Origin: Trichosphaerium sp. ATCC 40318
Taxonomy: Eukaryota; Protista; Tubulinea
Direction of reading: 5' to 3'
NCBI GenBank assembly: GCA_038496445.1
Contig: JALMLS010000143.1
Coordinates: 310,001-374,000, forward strand
DNA: 64,000 nucleotides
The notes under the pieces were generated by a model. That model saw nothing but the letters and a program-made list of their open reading frames with translations, had not been told where the DNA came from and did no database searches. Position 1 is the first letter of the stretch. Every line of letters starts with the position of its first letter. A program made the translations under genes and the position numbers. Of the stretch, positions 25,386 to 39,173 are shown piece after piece.

Positions 25386-28017
25386 TTACATGCGGAATAT
25401 ACCATAGTTGTTATGCTCTGGTGGAGGAGCACATTCTGCTGCTTGTAATCCTAGACCTAGAACATCACGAGTCTCTAAAATGAAGCGTTAAATCTAATAA
25501 TAGTTGTTTTTTCAAGTTTACCTGAAGGTAATATAACACCGTCATCCCATAAACGCGCAGAAGCATAGTGAGGATGCCCTTCTTTATCGTATTTATCAAA
25601 AATACCTTTCTAAATATTATATCAGTACAACCTCAGAATACAATCTTTCTACCTTAAATGCTTCCTCTTTCTTTCCATCGGCATCATCCTTAAACTTTGT
25701 GACAACTGCAAGTGTTCCGGCTGCTTCCTTTCCTCCCATAACACTAATACGGGCATTTGGCCACATCCACATGAACCTAATAGCAACATATTAGCGAACA
25801 AAAACCAGTTGCGAAAGCATACCGTGGACTATAAGCACGACCGCACATTCCATAGTTACCAGCACCAAAACTGCCTCCAACGACAACTGTGAACTTTGGA
25901 ACTGTAGCACAAGCTACAGCTGTTACCATTTTAGCACCATGCTTAGCGATACCGCCGGCTTCAGCAGCTTTACCAACCATAAATCCTGTAATAAAAATCA
26001 ACAAAAAACAAAATACTTCCTTCTTTTTCAGCCCCAACTAAAAGGGTTGTACAACTCAAAAGATAATTTTGAAATAAAAATAGTAAAATTCAAGACAAGA
26101 GAGAACTAGAGTACCAATTGTTAGACATACCTGAGATGTTTTGCAAGAAAACTAGAGGAATTTTTCTTTGATTACATAATTGAACAAAGTGCGCTCCTTT
26201 TTGTGCGCTTTCGCCAAATAATGGTCCGTCATTAGCTAGGATACCGACTGGGTATCCCCAAATATGTGCAAAGCCTGTAATGAGAGTTTGACCATATGTT
26301 TTTTTGAATTCCGTAAATTTACTGCCATCTACGATTCTAGCGATAATTTTCTTGATATTGAATGATTCACCGATAAGTGTCTTTGGTATATGAGTATCTA
26401 ATGTACTTGTAGGGTACAAAGGCTCTTCTGGTTCACGTTTTTTCTACAAGAGTCAGAAATGGTTTTTCTTTCTTTTCTACTAAGTTTATACGTACCCATG
26501 AATACTGTGGCATGTTGAGTTGTCCTACAATATCTCTCAATGTAGCAATAGCGTGATGGTCATCAGAAGCAAAGTGATCAGTCACACCAGACTTGAAACA
26601 ATGCATACGAGCTCCGCCGAGTTCCTCTGCAGTTACTACTTCTCCTGTAGCAGCTTTTACGAGCGGTGGGCCTGCCAAAAAGATAGTGCCAGTTTTATCA
26701 ACAATGACAGATTCATCAGACATTGCTGGTACGTATGCACCGCCAGCTGTACAGGATCCCATTACAGCAGATACTTGAGGTATACCCATACGAGATAGAT
26801 TTGCTTGGTTGTAGAAAATACGACCGAAGTGATTCTAAACGTGTTTAAGTGCGTTAAAAGACGTTAAACTTTTTTTAATTTGAACAAAAAAATAAAACGT
26901 ACTACATCCGGAAATACGTCATCTTGACGTGGTAAATTAGCGCCACCACTGTCTACGAGATAGATACAAGGTAAGTGGTTATCTCTTGCGATTTCTTGAG
27001 CGCGCAAGTGCTTTTTAACCTAACAAACAATGAGTTTTATATCGAAAACGTTGACATTAAATAAAAGCGTTGTATGTACAAAGACAACGAAAAATCGCTA
27101 CGCACAGTGATAGGGTAATATGTTCCTGCTTTTACTGTAGCGTCGTTTGCGACAATAACGCAGAGTTGTCTAGTAAATGTGAGAATATACACTCAATGGA
27201 TTTTTATGCTTAAAAAGCCCACAAGAAAGAAAAACATAGATGCGGAGTAAAGTGCTTTGGCCTACAACTCTTTTGAAAAAGTTTTTCCGTTTTTTTCTTT
27301 CAAGTGCCTAACAGCGGTTTCGAAGTGCTACGTACCCGCTTACACGACCAACGCCAGTAATAATACCACCAGCTGGTAAATAGTCGTCATAAAGGTTGTG
27401 ACCTGCCAGAGTTGATAACTCGAGGAAAGGAGAGCTTACAAGCGTTAACGGCGTAAATGAATTATAAAACAGAAAATAAAATGCCCATTTGGTTTAAAAT
27501 GCGTAAAAGATCTGTACAAGCGCTTACTTTGGATCAATAAGCTCGTTTATACGTTCTCTCGCCAACAATTTGTTTCTTGACTTATGTCTTGTTTTATTGA
27601 ACTCTGAACCACCTGTAATACTCGTGAGCGTGAATAGTGGTAAATTGATAAAGTATTTACAAAAAAGGATGACATGCGCCTGTATTGCGCGTAGTTCTGT
27701 CCACAGTATCGCACGCACGCACCTTGTTGGATCTTAGCGATTAAATCTTTGTGTTCCTTGATGATAGAACGCATCTCAGCTGCATTTTCCTATTTATCGT
27801 TAACCTACCGCTGCAGCGTCTTCCGTGTGCGACGGAGTACCTTGAAGGCGTCTGAGCTACTTTCTAGTTTACCATCAAGTACACTTATTTGATTGCATCG
27901 TAGCACTGTACTACGTGCGAATGAACGTTTAACTTGTGTTGTAGCCCCAGTACGCCTAGAGCGTAATTTTAAACTGGTAACACATGGTTGTGTAGTGCGC
28001 AGTGCCTTTAGGAACAT
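25386..28017 (-). CDS. MCCC2: Methylcrotonoyl-CoA carboxylase beta chain, mitochondrial
   Basis: [42 protein letters not shown], ends GIFRM. Confidence 0.96.
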
Positions 28018-28173
28018 GCTAGTCAATTTGTATTAGCAATGAAGGGTTAAGTTGATCAGCAGTCTGAAATTTGCCTAAATAAGTGTACTGTTCAAAAGTG
28101 CTTCTCAAACATGTGACTACGAGTCAGTTTTCGCGTTTACGTGTACGTGGAGTGAATAAAACGGTATTTTCTT

Positions 28174-30850
28174 TTATTCTTGTTTATTGGCGTCTTTGAT
28201 AACAAGCTTCTCACGCAAAGCCATAGCGCCTAGGTACTGATTCTTTGCTTTAGCTGTCATTACAGAATTAGATTCACGTGGTACAACAGTACGACATAGT
28301 AGCAAAAAGCCAAGTACAATATTTTCAGCAACGAAAATAATAATGGCTGTAGCTGGTTTGGACGCTGCAGGAATAGTTTCGAAGGTTATTAAACATAACT
28401 AAAGTAGATCATTAGGTTGCGATGTAAGCTTAAGATCAAACTCGTACGCCAATGTTTGTGAAAATGCACAAGACACCAATAGCAAGAAAAATGTGTCGCC
28501 AAATTCCTTTAAAAAGATTAACAGAAATAGCTTTTTTATGTTAAATACCAATAGATGTTGTCTTGAACGGGATAGCTCTCCTATTGCCAAATAGAAGGAG
28601 CAATGCTGACGCTTTTATGCGGAAGTAGTTACCAATCTAGGATAGCTGTCAGCTACAAAGTAAAAAATTATTTCTCACCATTGTAAGAATTGAAGCTAAT
28701 GGAAAGGCTGCAGCAAAGAGAAGCATGTACCCGTATTGGAGTGCTACAATAAGTTAGATAATGTTATATTGAATGTATTAAACTTTCCTGCTTCATGAAG
28801 TAAGGCTCCTGTGCCCTTAAAGGCAGGAAGGAGATGTTGAATATAAGCTTCAGACATTTTCTTATCTTTGAACTCTGAATTCCTTACAGTAGTGCCTTTG
28901 ATTAACAGTCCTGTAAAGATAAATCTATGCATATGATTAAATAATAAGTGATACAACTCGCTATAGTAGCAATGAAAAGAAAAGAGTACTTACGGAACAA
29001 AATACTCCTGGAAAATATGTTGAACTTCCGCCCTAGAAAATAAAATTACAAGTTGGGCTTTCAGGCGTGCTGCATCTCTCTAAAAGCATTCTATATTAAT
29101 ATCACACCATATTTATGATTTATACCATGATGAAGGCGTAGTGGAAGAGAATAAGATAGTTGTTTGTTATTGTAATAAAGAATATTTTGGCTGCATATTG
29201 ATTTTCCCATTCTGCATAAGTCCGATAATTCTCCCAATCTGTGAGCTTTTCTGCAACACGTATGAACACCTTAAAATCCCATCACGTCAACGATTTATAA
29301 ACCCAGTGCGTGTACCTTTGTTGTTAAAGTTACTACAAGAGCATGTATGATAGGTGGTAATAGACCCAATAAAAATCCATCATCAGGTGAAAAATAACCT
29401 TGGAGAATAGGGAAATATAAAGCACTATCTTCATTTACTAATCCTTGAAGATTTAGAGAAGCAACGATACTTAGCAAAGAAGCAACCAACTATAAAAGTA
29501 AGTAATTAGGAGATTCAGTAATTAATCGTTGTACCATTAGACCAAGGACAGGTATACTCACACAATACTTAAGTGCTCGCTTCCAAGTTGGATAATAAAG
29601 TTCACATCTCTAAACAGAATAATCAACAAAACGTTGGATCGGTATAGTCTTGTAAGTATCATACATTTGTTACTGGGCTTATACGAGATGTTCCATAGAA
29701 TTGTGGTCTAACATGGTTGTGTAATACTTTAGAACTGACACCCCATCTGTGAACTTGCGTTGCGTTCTTTCTACGCCAAAAAATATTTGCCAAGATTGCT
29801 AACCTTACAGTGAATACAACAATACAATACACATGATATACCCCAAAAGGAAACAAATAGCGCAAAGACAAATACAAGAGGATCCTGAGCTCGACACCTA
29901 TCAGGTTTAAGTAAAAGGTGACTATGAAAACCGTACACAGCTGATACGTCCCAATCTGCAACATGTTGATCAAAACGATGACCTAGGGAACACAAGAAGT
30001 GACGCAGTGGGCCTTGGCCTACATCAAAGTAGTTCATTACAGTATACGCCGACGATCCAAGGGAAAGCCACATTAACCACCAAACATAGAACTCTAAAAT
30101 AGATGTCATTGACGTTTATGTAATTCACAATCGCTCGTACGTAGCCAAGTAAAAAAATACGCAACACGCTCACCAAAGTACTGTACAAAACGTTAGTATC
30201 AAAACTTCATTGGTCAACACTTTTGTAAATATCTTAACATACATCTTTGAGAGAGTCGATATCTAGTTTTCTGTCGGTTACAACTTTTTTTAGAAGCTGT
30301 TTTCTGTACTCAAAACTACCGTGTAAAGGGAAGTAACTCTGAATGTACCCTTTCTTTGCGTATTGAGGCACTAATTGTATTTTTCAATAACGCGCAATAG
30401 TAACAAGTATTCGTACGGAGTGGTTCGTAGTCCTTTAGTTTGCGCAATGATGTATCTGTCTTGCGTAATCGAATACGCTGTAGAATAGAAATTATGACGA
30501 GAACGCTTTCACTGGAGGTTAGAGGCTTCCTGTAAGATGGGGCAAGCACATTAGATGCTCCCTAATGCTTTTTAGCTATGCATACTTACTACAACTTTGA
30601 GTACATCACAGAGAATGTGACGCTCTTTATAAAAGGTCTCTGAATCCGTTGTTAGCTGCCAAACACTGTATTTGTTGTCAACTGTAACCGTTTTGTTGAT
30701 AATGAGCCGTTGCTCTACTAGGCGCTCTTCCAGATACTGCAAATATGTTTTTAGTTTTGTGGGCGATATATTACTCCCAAACGCTTTGTTAGTTCCCGTT
30801 TTTATCAAGATCGCGAAAAAGCACTCCTGCGCAGTGTTCTCCTGTTTCAT
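28174..30850 (-). CDS. Anoctamin/TMEM16 family protein
   Basis: YFPLH, DYFGERVAYFFTWL, LTDWENYRT, QYGYMLLFAAAFPLA, IGIWR; start approximate. Confidence 0.9.
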
Positions 30851-31393
30851 TGCGTACAATGTAATTTTTGACTTACAGAGTACTTGTTGGACTAATTTAT
30901 ATACAAAGTCCGAAATACAGGTTGCCTTGAGTATTGTCAAAGTGGTATGTGTGAAACAAAAGGAGTTTAGGCTGCATACTGTACGAAAATGCCAGACATT
31001 CCCATAAAATGTGCCACTGCGTTAAAATAACGTATGACGCTTATAGGTACAACTAACTTTCCTTCCTATCGCTTAAGATATTAGAAAATACGTGACTACA
31101 GCCAAATCGCCGCCTGAACTATTACGCGAGTGGTTACAAACATAACAGGTCTAAAACCAGCATATACAGGTTATATGTCCGAACGTAATCAGCATACAGA
31201 ATAACGTTGGTTAACATTGTTGTACGTAACCGTAAAGCGTAGTGGTGTGCCTGCAGCCTCACTTTTACGTGTAGTGCGTTCGAAAGTGTTTTTGTGACAT
31301 TGTTTAGCTAGAGCTTTCGCACTACTGTACACCCTACTATACAGCGTCCAGTTCGTATCCACTTGTACAACAACTTATCTCGTATTATTTCTC

Positions 31394-34300
31394 ATGGATC
31401 GTCCCCTGTATCAACGTCTCGGCGATTTCGAGACCTCTGGTGACGCCGAAGATAGGTGCGGAAAACTAAAAAAAACATTGTTTGCCTTTTGTGTATTTAC
31501 CATTTTATGCTAATATTAAACTCCCTTGTAGAGCCCTAAGCTTTCTCGCGCGAAATTGGTACCTTTACTTTTCTCAAACGCTTTATTCCCAAACAACTCC
31601 CAAAGGAGTAGAATCAACGCGTAATTACTCACTAATTGGTAGGCAATCAGTACAAGATCATTTGGAGCAATCACTTCCATTCGCTGCACGCGAATTTGGA
31701 AAAGAAGTATACTTTTGTTTCAGTGGCTTGCAACTCGTTGTTCAACTAGGCGAATACAAACAATTACAAGCTCTTCAACTATCAACAATAACGCAATTTT
31801 GTCAACTGCTCGTAGACGCTCGTATTGTTAGAGCTGTTACAGAGGCTACAATCTTTGCAAACTCGGACACTCATTACTTTTAGTATGTAATATCGCAACT
31901 ATTTGTTGAAAAATGAGAAAACAAACTCTAGGCCATTTTTTTACCTCCTTTGGGCGTATATCATTTTTCTTTCAGTACTTACAATGCCAAAGCTTCGGTC
32001 TATCGGTGGATCCTGTTGCTGAGATGAAAGCAATACCTCTACCTATAAATATTAAAGAAGAACACAAGAGAAGAGAAAGTACTGCTAGTGATAACATTGC
32101 TTGGTGGCGTGATGTCCCAACAGCACAGGATTCAGGATCAGATGAACCTGAGGAATCTTATGGGGACATGACAAAGTCCAGGTCGCATTTAACAACAGAT
32201 TCCTTCGGATGTACGATACTTATTTTAAAATCCATAGACCTGTTAAAATCAAAATTAATTGTACTAACTGAATGTGTATAGCAATGTTAGAAGGTAGTCA
32301 AAACACAAGCCAAGCATCTATGTCTGCGTGTGAACTACGCAAGGTACAATTACGACTTCTTCATAATGGTATAGAACAATGATACTGATTTTTTAAAAAG
32401 GGAGGCATAGCTTTAAAAAAGGAATTGGAGCACTATTCTGCTGGAGTGAATAGAATTCTACAGGCTATTAATAATGTCACTACAGAGGATAGAATGCATT
32501 TGATATCATGGAAGCTATTAGAGTTCCGTCAAGTTGCTCAAGCACTCGTAGATTGCACGTCATTTCCTTTTTTTTTTCTGTTCATTTTTTTATGCACTTA
32601 AGATAAAACGAGTACCAACCTTTTTGCACTTCAAACTAATAGTATTATAATAGGCCCTACTGAAGCAAATTTTACTTATTATGATTCACCTTGTACAGAC
32701 CCTACAATTAGCTCTTTTCGAGCAAGAAATGGCCGTTTATTGTCTACCCTCATATCAAAATTTAAAGTGCTTATCGAGAGATATGATGACGGAGATGGTG
32801 CGTTATTATGATGACTGAATTTTTGTAGAAAGCCTCAACAATCAACTTGATTATTTCGCTTACTTGCAGCTAGAATCGTCAAATATGTGGCTGAAAGTGG
32901 AAGACGTTTTGTCTCAGCATACATTAATACCTAAAAAGAGAGGATGGTCTCTTCTTGACCCTGTAACACCTGCTGTTGATTATTTAAAGTACAACAGGTA
33001 TTGGTATCAAGATTACTTTATTGGTAGAGGTACAACCCATTTATTCTTTTGGGCTTGTTTCGTGAAGGAACTGTGTTTATTGACTTTGTTCTTAGAGCAT
33101 TACAATTTTATAAGTGTTGGTGACTCTAGTCCTGTAATAGCGTCTTTGATTGTAGAACGAAAAAAACCACCAGATAATAGGCCAGTTATCGCAAGAGATG
33201 AGAGTGTAAGCTTTCTTTTTCTTTTATGTTTTTCGTGTCACAAAAAATTTGACTGTATTCGATTTGTTTGGCTTGTTGCTTGAATTTTATTAATATTAAT
33301 AGTGGCCTGGTGCAGTTGTGCGTGGGATTATTCGATCTCGGTTGGTAAGTATTGGATCTAGATAAGGAGAAAAACTAACTGTTGCTTTGCAGGGAAATGT
33401 TAAAGTTGAGCTTCCTTCGTCGAAGTTTGGTAAAGTCATCTTGTCTTGTTTACAGGATAACTATAAACATATAATTGAGACTATGCAACCTCGGTTAAAG
33501 TAATCATTAGTAGTGATAATTGGTCATTGTTTATTTATCTTTTTTTTTTAGGAACACTGAGATTGTACATCGTGATTCTCCTGAACTGGTTGGAAAGCTT
33601 CTGTACTATGAAAGTCGTGATCCACGTGTTACCAATACATTTAAATTTGGTCTACTTCTATGCAAAGAAGGTCAAACAACTGAAGAAGAAATGTTTTGCA
33701 ATACAAGTGTGCGTACTTTTTTATTATTTACAATCATGACTTTTTCTAACTTTGCTATTAGGGTAGCGAAGCTTATGATGCATTTTTACGATTGATGGGT
33801 GACAATGTCCTTCTTGCAAAGCACACTGGATTTTCTGGAGGTTTAGATACCAAAGGAGGTACAAATACTTGTTGCAGTCATTTTATCCGCTCACCATTGT
33901 CTCAGAGAATGCTACTGGTACTCACTCTGTATACACAATGTGGTATGATTATGAGATAATGTTTCATGTATCCTCGTTACTTCCACAGTCCGATCAAAAT
34001 ACACAACAATTACATAAGAAACGTCATATTGGCAACGATATTGTTTTGGTTGTTTTTCAAGAATATGGTGCTCCACCATATGACCCTGCTTGTATTAAAT
34101 CAAACTATATAACTGTCGTTGTTGTAGTAAGAAGCTTGACACCTCATGAGTACGTATCTATTACGAGTTATAGTTCTTTTTCTAAATGTTTTCATCTTTG
34201 CTTCTTTTTTTTGTTTATGTCACTGATTAACTACTCAGGCCATACGAATTTGAAGTCGCTGTTGCAAGACACGCCGATGTCCCTGATTTCGGACCCAAGT

Positions 34301-37300
34301 ACGAACACTGGCTCAAACATTTCACATTTTTTTACAAACATGTTATTCTTTTGTTTTGTTTTATTTGTTGCTTACACAAAGCCTTTAGGATCCCTCTACC
34401 TTGTATTTTTAGTTTAACACCGGAATTCAGAGAATGGCTACTGTATCTACGTGCGTAATACATTGATGATTTTGTTTATTTGGGGATTTTGCTTTCCTTT
34501 TTTGGATTGGTTTGTGCTCTCGGCTGACTGGATTGTATAGTGATCAACTCTGAACTTGCTGCTTACAAAAGTAAAAGCTTTGAGTTCCAGTTTAGGTCTA
34601 CTTATGAGACTATGTTGAACGAACTTGTAGACGAGTTTAAAGGAAAGAAGAAATTATCAAAATACAAAGCAAAAAAGAAGCAAAAGTCTAAAGCTATAAG
34701 GTCATCTAATGATAATATGAGGAGCTTAAAAAGTATTGCTGGTAGAGCTAGAAAAAAATCAAAAAGTTACCTTCAACTAAGCAAGCATTCTCGTGTTAAC
34801 TCTGACTCTGCTCTCGTACGTTTTTTGACATTCTTATCAATTTGTTGTTTCCTTTTTAGCTTTTTTGTTGTACTCATTCTAAAAACAATTGTTTTTAGGC
34901 TGCTCAAAAGGAGATTAATCGTCGGGCTCAAGAAAAGAATGTAAAGCTAAAGTTTGGTGAAACAAGATCAGACTCTATAGACCTTTCAGAACCTCCTGTT
35001 TTAAAGGAGTCTGTTAGTTCCAGACGCCCAGTTGTTAAAACGCGGTCAAGTAGGATTACTTCCTCAGTTGGCCTTAGTAACACCAGAGTGCCTGGATCCA
35101 TAATGCAAGCATCTCCAGGAAGACATAGAGATTCATTGACTATCTATAAGTCTACTGAGCAATCACCAGTCAAGAGTCACAAGAAGTTGAGTTATCTTAT
35201 TAAAGAAATGAGTCCTTTGGAGGACGTTATACTCTCTTTGACTTCTGTTGATGGATACCTTAAGATTGCTCGAGGATGTGACTTGCTTAGTCGCGTTGCT
35301 GTTGTTCTTGAGGATGAGCTTCCAGAGGTACTCAAAAATAGTTAAACACTTCGCTTACTATGTTGTTAGGCTAACTATGTTAATCTACTGGACGAAGATG
35401 AAGATGAAGCAGACGACTACCTAATGGTGCTTCAGCGAAGAGTACTAGGTATAGTTGGTGAGACTATCTCAAAACTTAAAAACTTAAAGAAACGAGTCAA
35501 GGCATGTATTTAGTTTTGTCTGTTATGTAAACGTGTTGTTCTAATTAATTATTTACAGGAGAGTAAAAGCAAGGTAGAAATGGAGCATTTGCGTAGCCTG
35601 GTAGATGATATTGATGCATTAAACATCAATAAGCAACTTGTTCTTTTATCATCTAAATGGTGTGCTAAAGGTCCTAAAGATAGGGTTCGTCAGTGTTTAC
35701 GTCTTTGGCAATTCTAATTTTTCGAAAAAGGACATTGATTTCATGAGCAAGAACTGCTTTTGGTATGATAAGTTCTTCTATAACAGACAGCATTGCAATT
35801 TATTGTCACAATCTTCTGCGCCACCTTGTATAGTGTCTTTAGTAATGGACCATATTAATGGTACCAACCACGTGCGAGCGATCGTGCGTAGTGGAGACGT
35901 ACGGATTGATTATTCAACACTCAATTTTTGTGATAATGACAGTAACCAGTTTTTAAATTAATTCTTTCAATCTAGGGCACAGATAAGTTCTTGTTATCAG
36001 TGAAACAGCTCGGTATAAAATCAGACAGCAGTATTCATGAAAACTGGAAGTTGATTTTAGAAAAGATGCCTCTTCGTAATATAAACCCTGAAGCATTTGA
36101 TATTTGCTTCCACGGAGGCGCTGCTTCTAAACTCCATGATTATGAACGAAAAGATGTCACGGTGTGTAATTACTTGCTAAGTTTTTCTCGTTTTATTCTT
36201 ATTTATTTTTTTTAGGTTGTTAATCGCTATCAGTTTGGCGTTACATTGAGCTTACCAGATCAACGGACATTAGCCGAATTTTATAGTAATACAGAGCCTA
36301 CAAGCACATTCGAGGCTTTCCTAGACTTTATGGGCGAAAAGGTCTCTTTACAAGACCACGAGGGATTCATGGGTGGCCTTGAGAATTCAAGTACTTACAT
36401 ATTCTTCTCTTTCTTTTTTAAAGTGTTTTTCACTCAAAATACTGTTTTAGAATGTGAGGAGTCTTACTATACGAGATATAATGACGGTGAAGTTATGTTT
36501 CATGTCAGCACACTTCTATCACAAGAAGATGGCGGGCGACGGTATATAGGTATTTTGTTTAGTTAGATTATGTATAAATGTAAAGTTTGCTAACTGTTTT
36601 CGTAAAGGGAATGATTTCGTTATAGTTATATTCCAAGAAGTCGGTAGTCTTCCAATCGATACATCTTTACTTAGCTCGAGAGGTAATTATACGGTATTCA
36701 TTGTCCTGCGAAGCCTTCAAACCTGGTCTGGAGAGTACGTTTCGTATTTTTTCTTTAAACAGTTGCCGGTGCTAAATCAACTTTTTAGAGCAATGGTAGA
36801 AGCCCAAGTATTTTCTAGACGTGGCGTGCCATTTTTTAAACCATGTACGTTGTATCATGGGACGCATTATTATTTACACCTTGTCATATAGCTTACGCTG
36901 AAACGCCTGTATTTCGTTTTGATAATGAATTTCGAACATGGCTATTCACAACAAGTACGAAACTATTTTTTATGGAGATGTAAAGATAATAACCATATTT
37001 TGTTCCATAGTGATGAACGCTGAGCTTGCTGCTTTTAAGAGTGAGAGATGGATTAATGCAAATAAACAAGCTACTATCATACTACTCAAAGACCTACACA
37101 AAGAATTAGATTCTCGTACGCTTTACAATTAAGTTGATTTTTTTAAAGTCTTACTTAATTGTATTTAAGGTTCTCCAGGCGGTAAAGGACAACGAAGAAA
37201 GCCTCATACTTTGAGAGTCAAGAAGAAGAATATTGTGAGCCAAAGTATGGGTGAACTCCCTACTATGCCGGTGAATAAGCAAGTGATAAAACGTGGCGCA

Positions 37301-38155
37301 TCTTTTGATGAAAATCAGTTGAAAGACAAGAATATTACGGTTAAGCCGGTAAACAAAATGTACGTTTAAGCCATTCATTGTTGACAATCACTTTCCATTT
37401 GCTCGAAACGCTCTGATAGCAACTATTACTTACCATTGTCATTAGAAAAAAAGAGTACAGTGATAGTAAACGGACGCGATCCAGATCTCAGTCCTCTGCA
37501 AGCCCTAGATCTAGATCAACACGTTCTTCACCGCGATCTCCGCGAAAAATAACTACGCGATCGCGATCTCGTACGCGATTGATGCCCTCGGTTAACAGAT
37601 CACCAGACCTTGAGAAAAAACACTCTCGAAAGAAACTTGATTTTGTAGATCGAGTTGGACGTGGTTCACCTTCTCCTCGTCGGAAACCAAAAGTGACACG
37701 ATTCAAGTCAACTACGAGCTTTACATCTCAGAGTAGTCTTTCTGAGCGTAAACCTTTACGTAAAACTGCTTCAGAGACAAAAGTTGTTAGATATGTCCAA
37801 TTAGATAGACCAAGTGATTGGACAGTTTCTCAAGTTCAATCGTGGTTGATAGAATGTGGACACAGTAAATTTTGCAATCTTTTTTCGTACGCGTAGCGAG
37901 AGGAACCTGTTTTTTGTAGTTTGTTTACATTTTTTTTTGTAGAGAGCATGAAATCGACGGCGAGACGCTACTTGGCATGTCTAAAGATGACTTTGCTGAC
38001 CTTAACATCGGCGCAAGTACGTTTCTCTTTTTTCTTGTAGTCTGTGCACTTTTATGCTCTTCTTTACTTGGAGGTTATCTATGTACTCATAAGACTAATA
38101 CTTTTTAGGTTTACGCTCTAAAATCAAAAAACTCAGAAAAAAATCTCTGAGATGA
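31394..38155 (+). CDS. DEP + two Rap/Ran-GAP domains + C-terminal SAM
   Basis: CFSGLQLV..CQLLVD (DEP); FKFGLL..EIMFHVS..KKRHIGND; second copy EVMFHVS..RRYIGND; WTVSQVQSWL..EHEIDGETLL (SAM). One apparent 1-nt frame problem near 31880. Confidence 0.85.
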
Positions 38156-39173
38156 TAAGACAGTTGAGAAGCGTGTAACAGTTTTAAGAAGGAAAAAAGC
38201 CGTGTACTTTATTGTAAATGAAAAAAAACTCCCATTAATGTATTTAACCAAACAAAAAAAAGCAAACAAACTTAGTAACCTTATTGATTCTCCAAAATCC
38301 CATAATGTACTTCGGTTTCAAGAAGTGTTAAAATGAAAGACTAGGGATGTTATGGCAAAACAATATTCTGAAAAAATCACATGTTGCACTTTATTGCAGG
38401 ATTTACGTTTCCAAAAGTCTGAACCCTTTTTCAGACTCTATGGTCCTTGCAGAGTAATAAAAAAGACGCTACTGCAAACTCATAAAATTTTACGCAGCAA
38501 TTTTTGAAGAAATTATCACTTCTCCACATTATCTCTATTCACGTTCGTTCAGCTGTGGTAATGGAAATGGCCTAGGAGCGTTAGCAATTTTTTTCATCAT
38601 AGTCGGATCAATAATAGGATGTTGTTGCCTTGCAGGTACTACCTAGTTTGTAAATATGTGCAATAAGTTGTGTACTGACAAATGTAACTAGGTATATCTG
38701 TGTTTGTTGTCTATTCCTTTTATCGCAAAAGAGGACAGACTATTCTGAAATTTAAGAATTCGCAAACGGAACAAATAAAAATTCATCAGGTTGAGCCAAA
38801 GCTTTGTTTTTTTAAGGTTTGGTTTGTGGTTGAAAAAAGTAATTGCCAGAACTTTTCTTTCAAATTATGCTATATTCAAGTACAGAATTGACTTTGCTTA
38901 TGGTGGCGAGAAAAAGTGTAGCCTGTTTAGTTTGTCAAGTTTGCGAAAATGATTTTGAAGGTGAATATCCTGAGTTTCCAGGCAGAACTTAGTATTCCAA
39001 AATGTACCATCACCATATTCGATTTTCGAAATACCCACAGCCACTTCGTCACTTAGACACTCTTTTGTTTTTTTAGATTTAAACTTTGTTAGGCTAATGC
39101 TGTTTTCATTTGACACTCGATTCAGCTAATACAAAGTTGTCTCTTTTTCAGCCTAAAACAGCAAATAACACGC

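Noticed and set aside
31875-31890. Phase mismatch after the DEP exon suggesting frameshifting or odd splicing
   Set aside because: It sits in a T homopolymer and one extra T restores canonical splicing, so it is probably a sequence error
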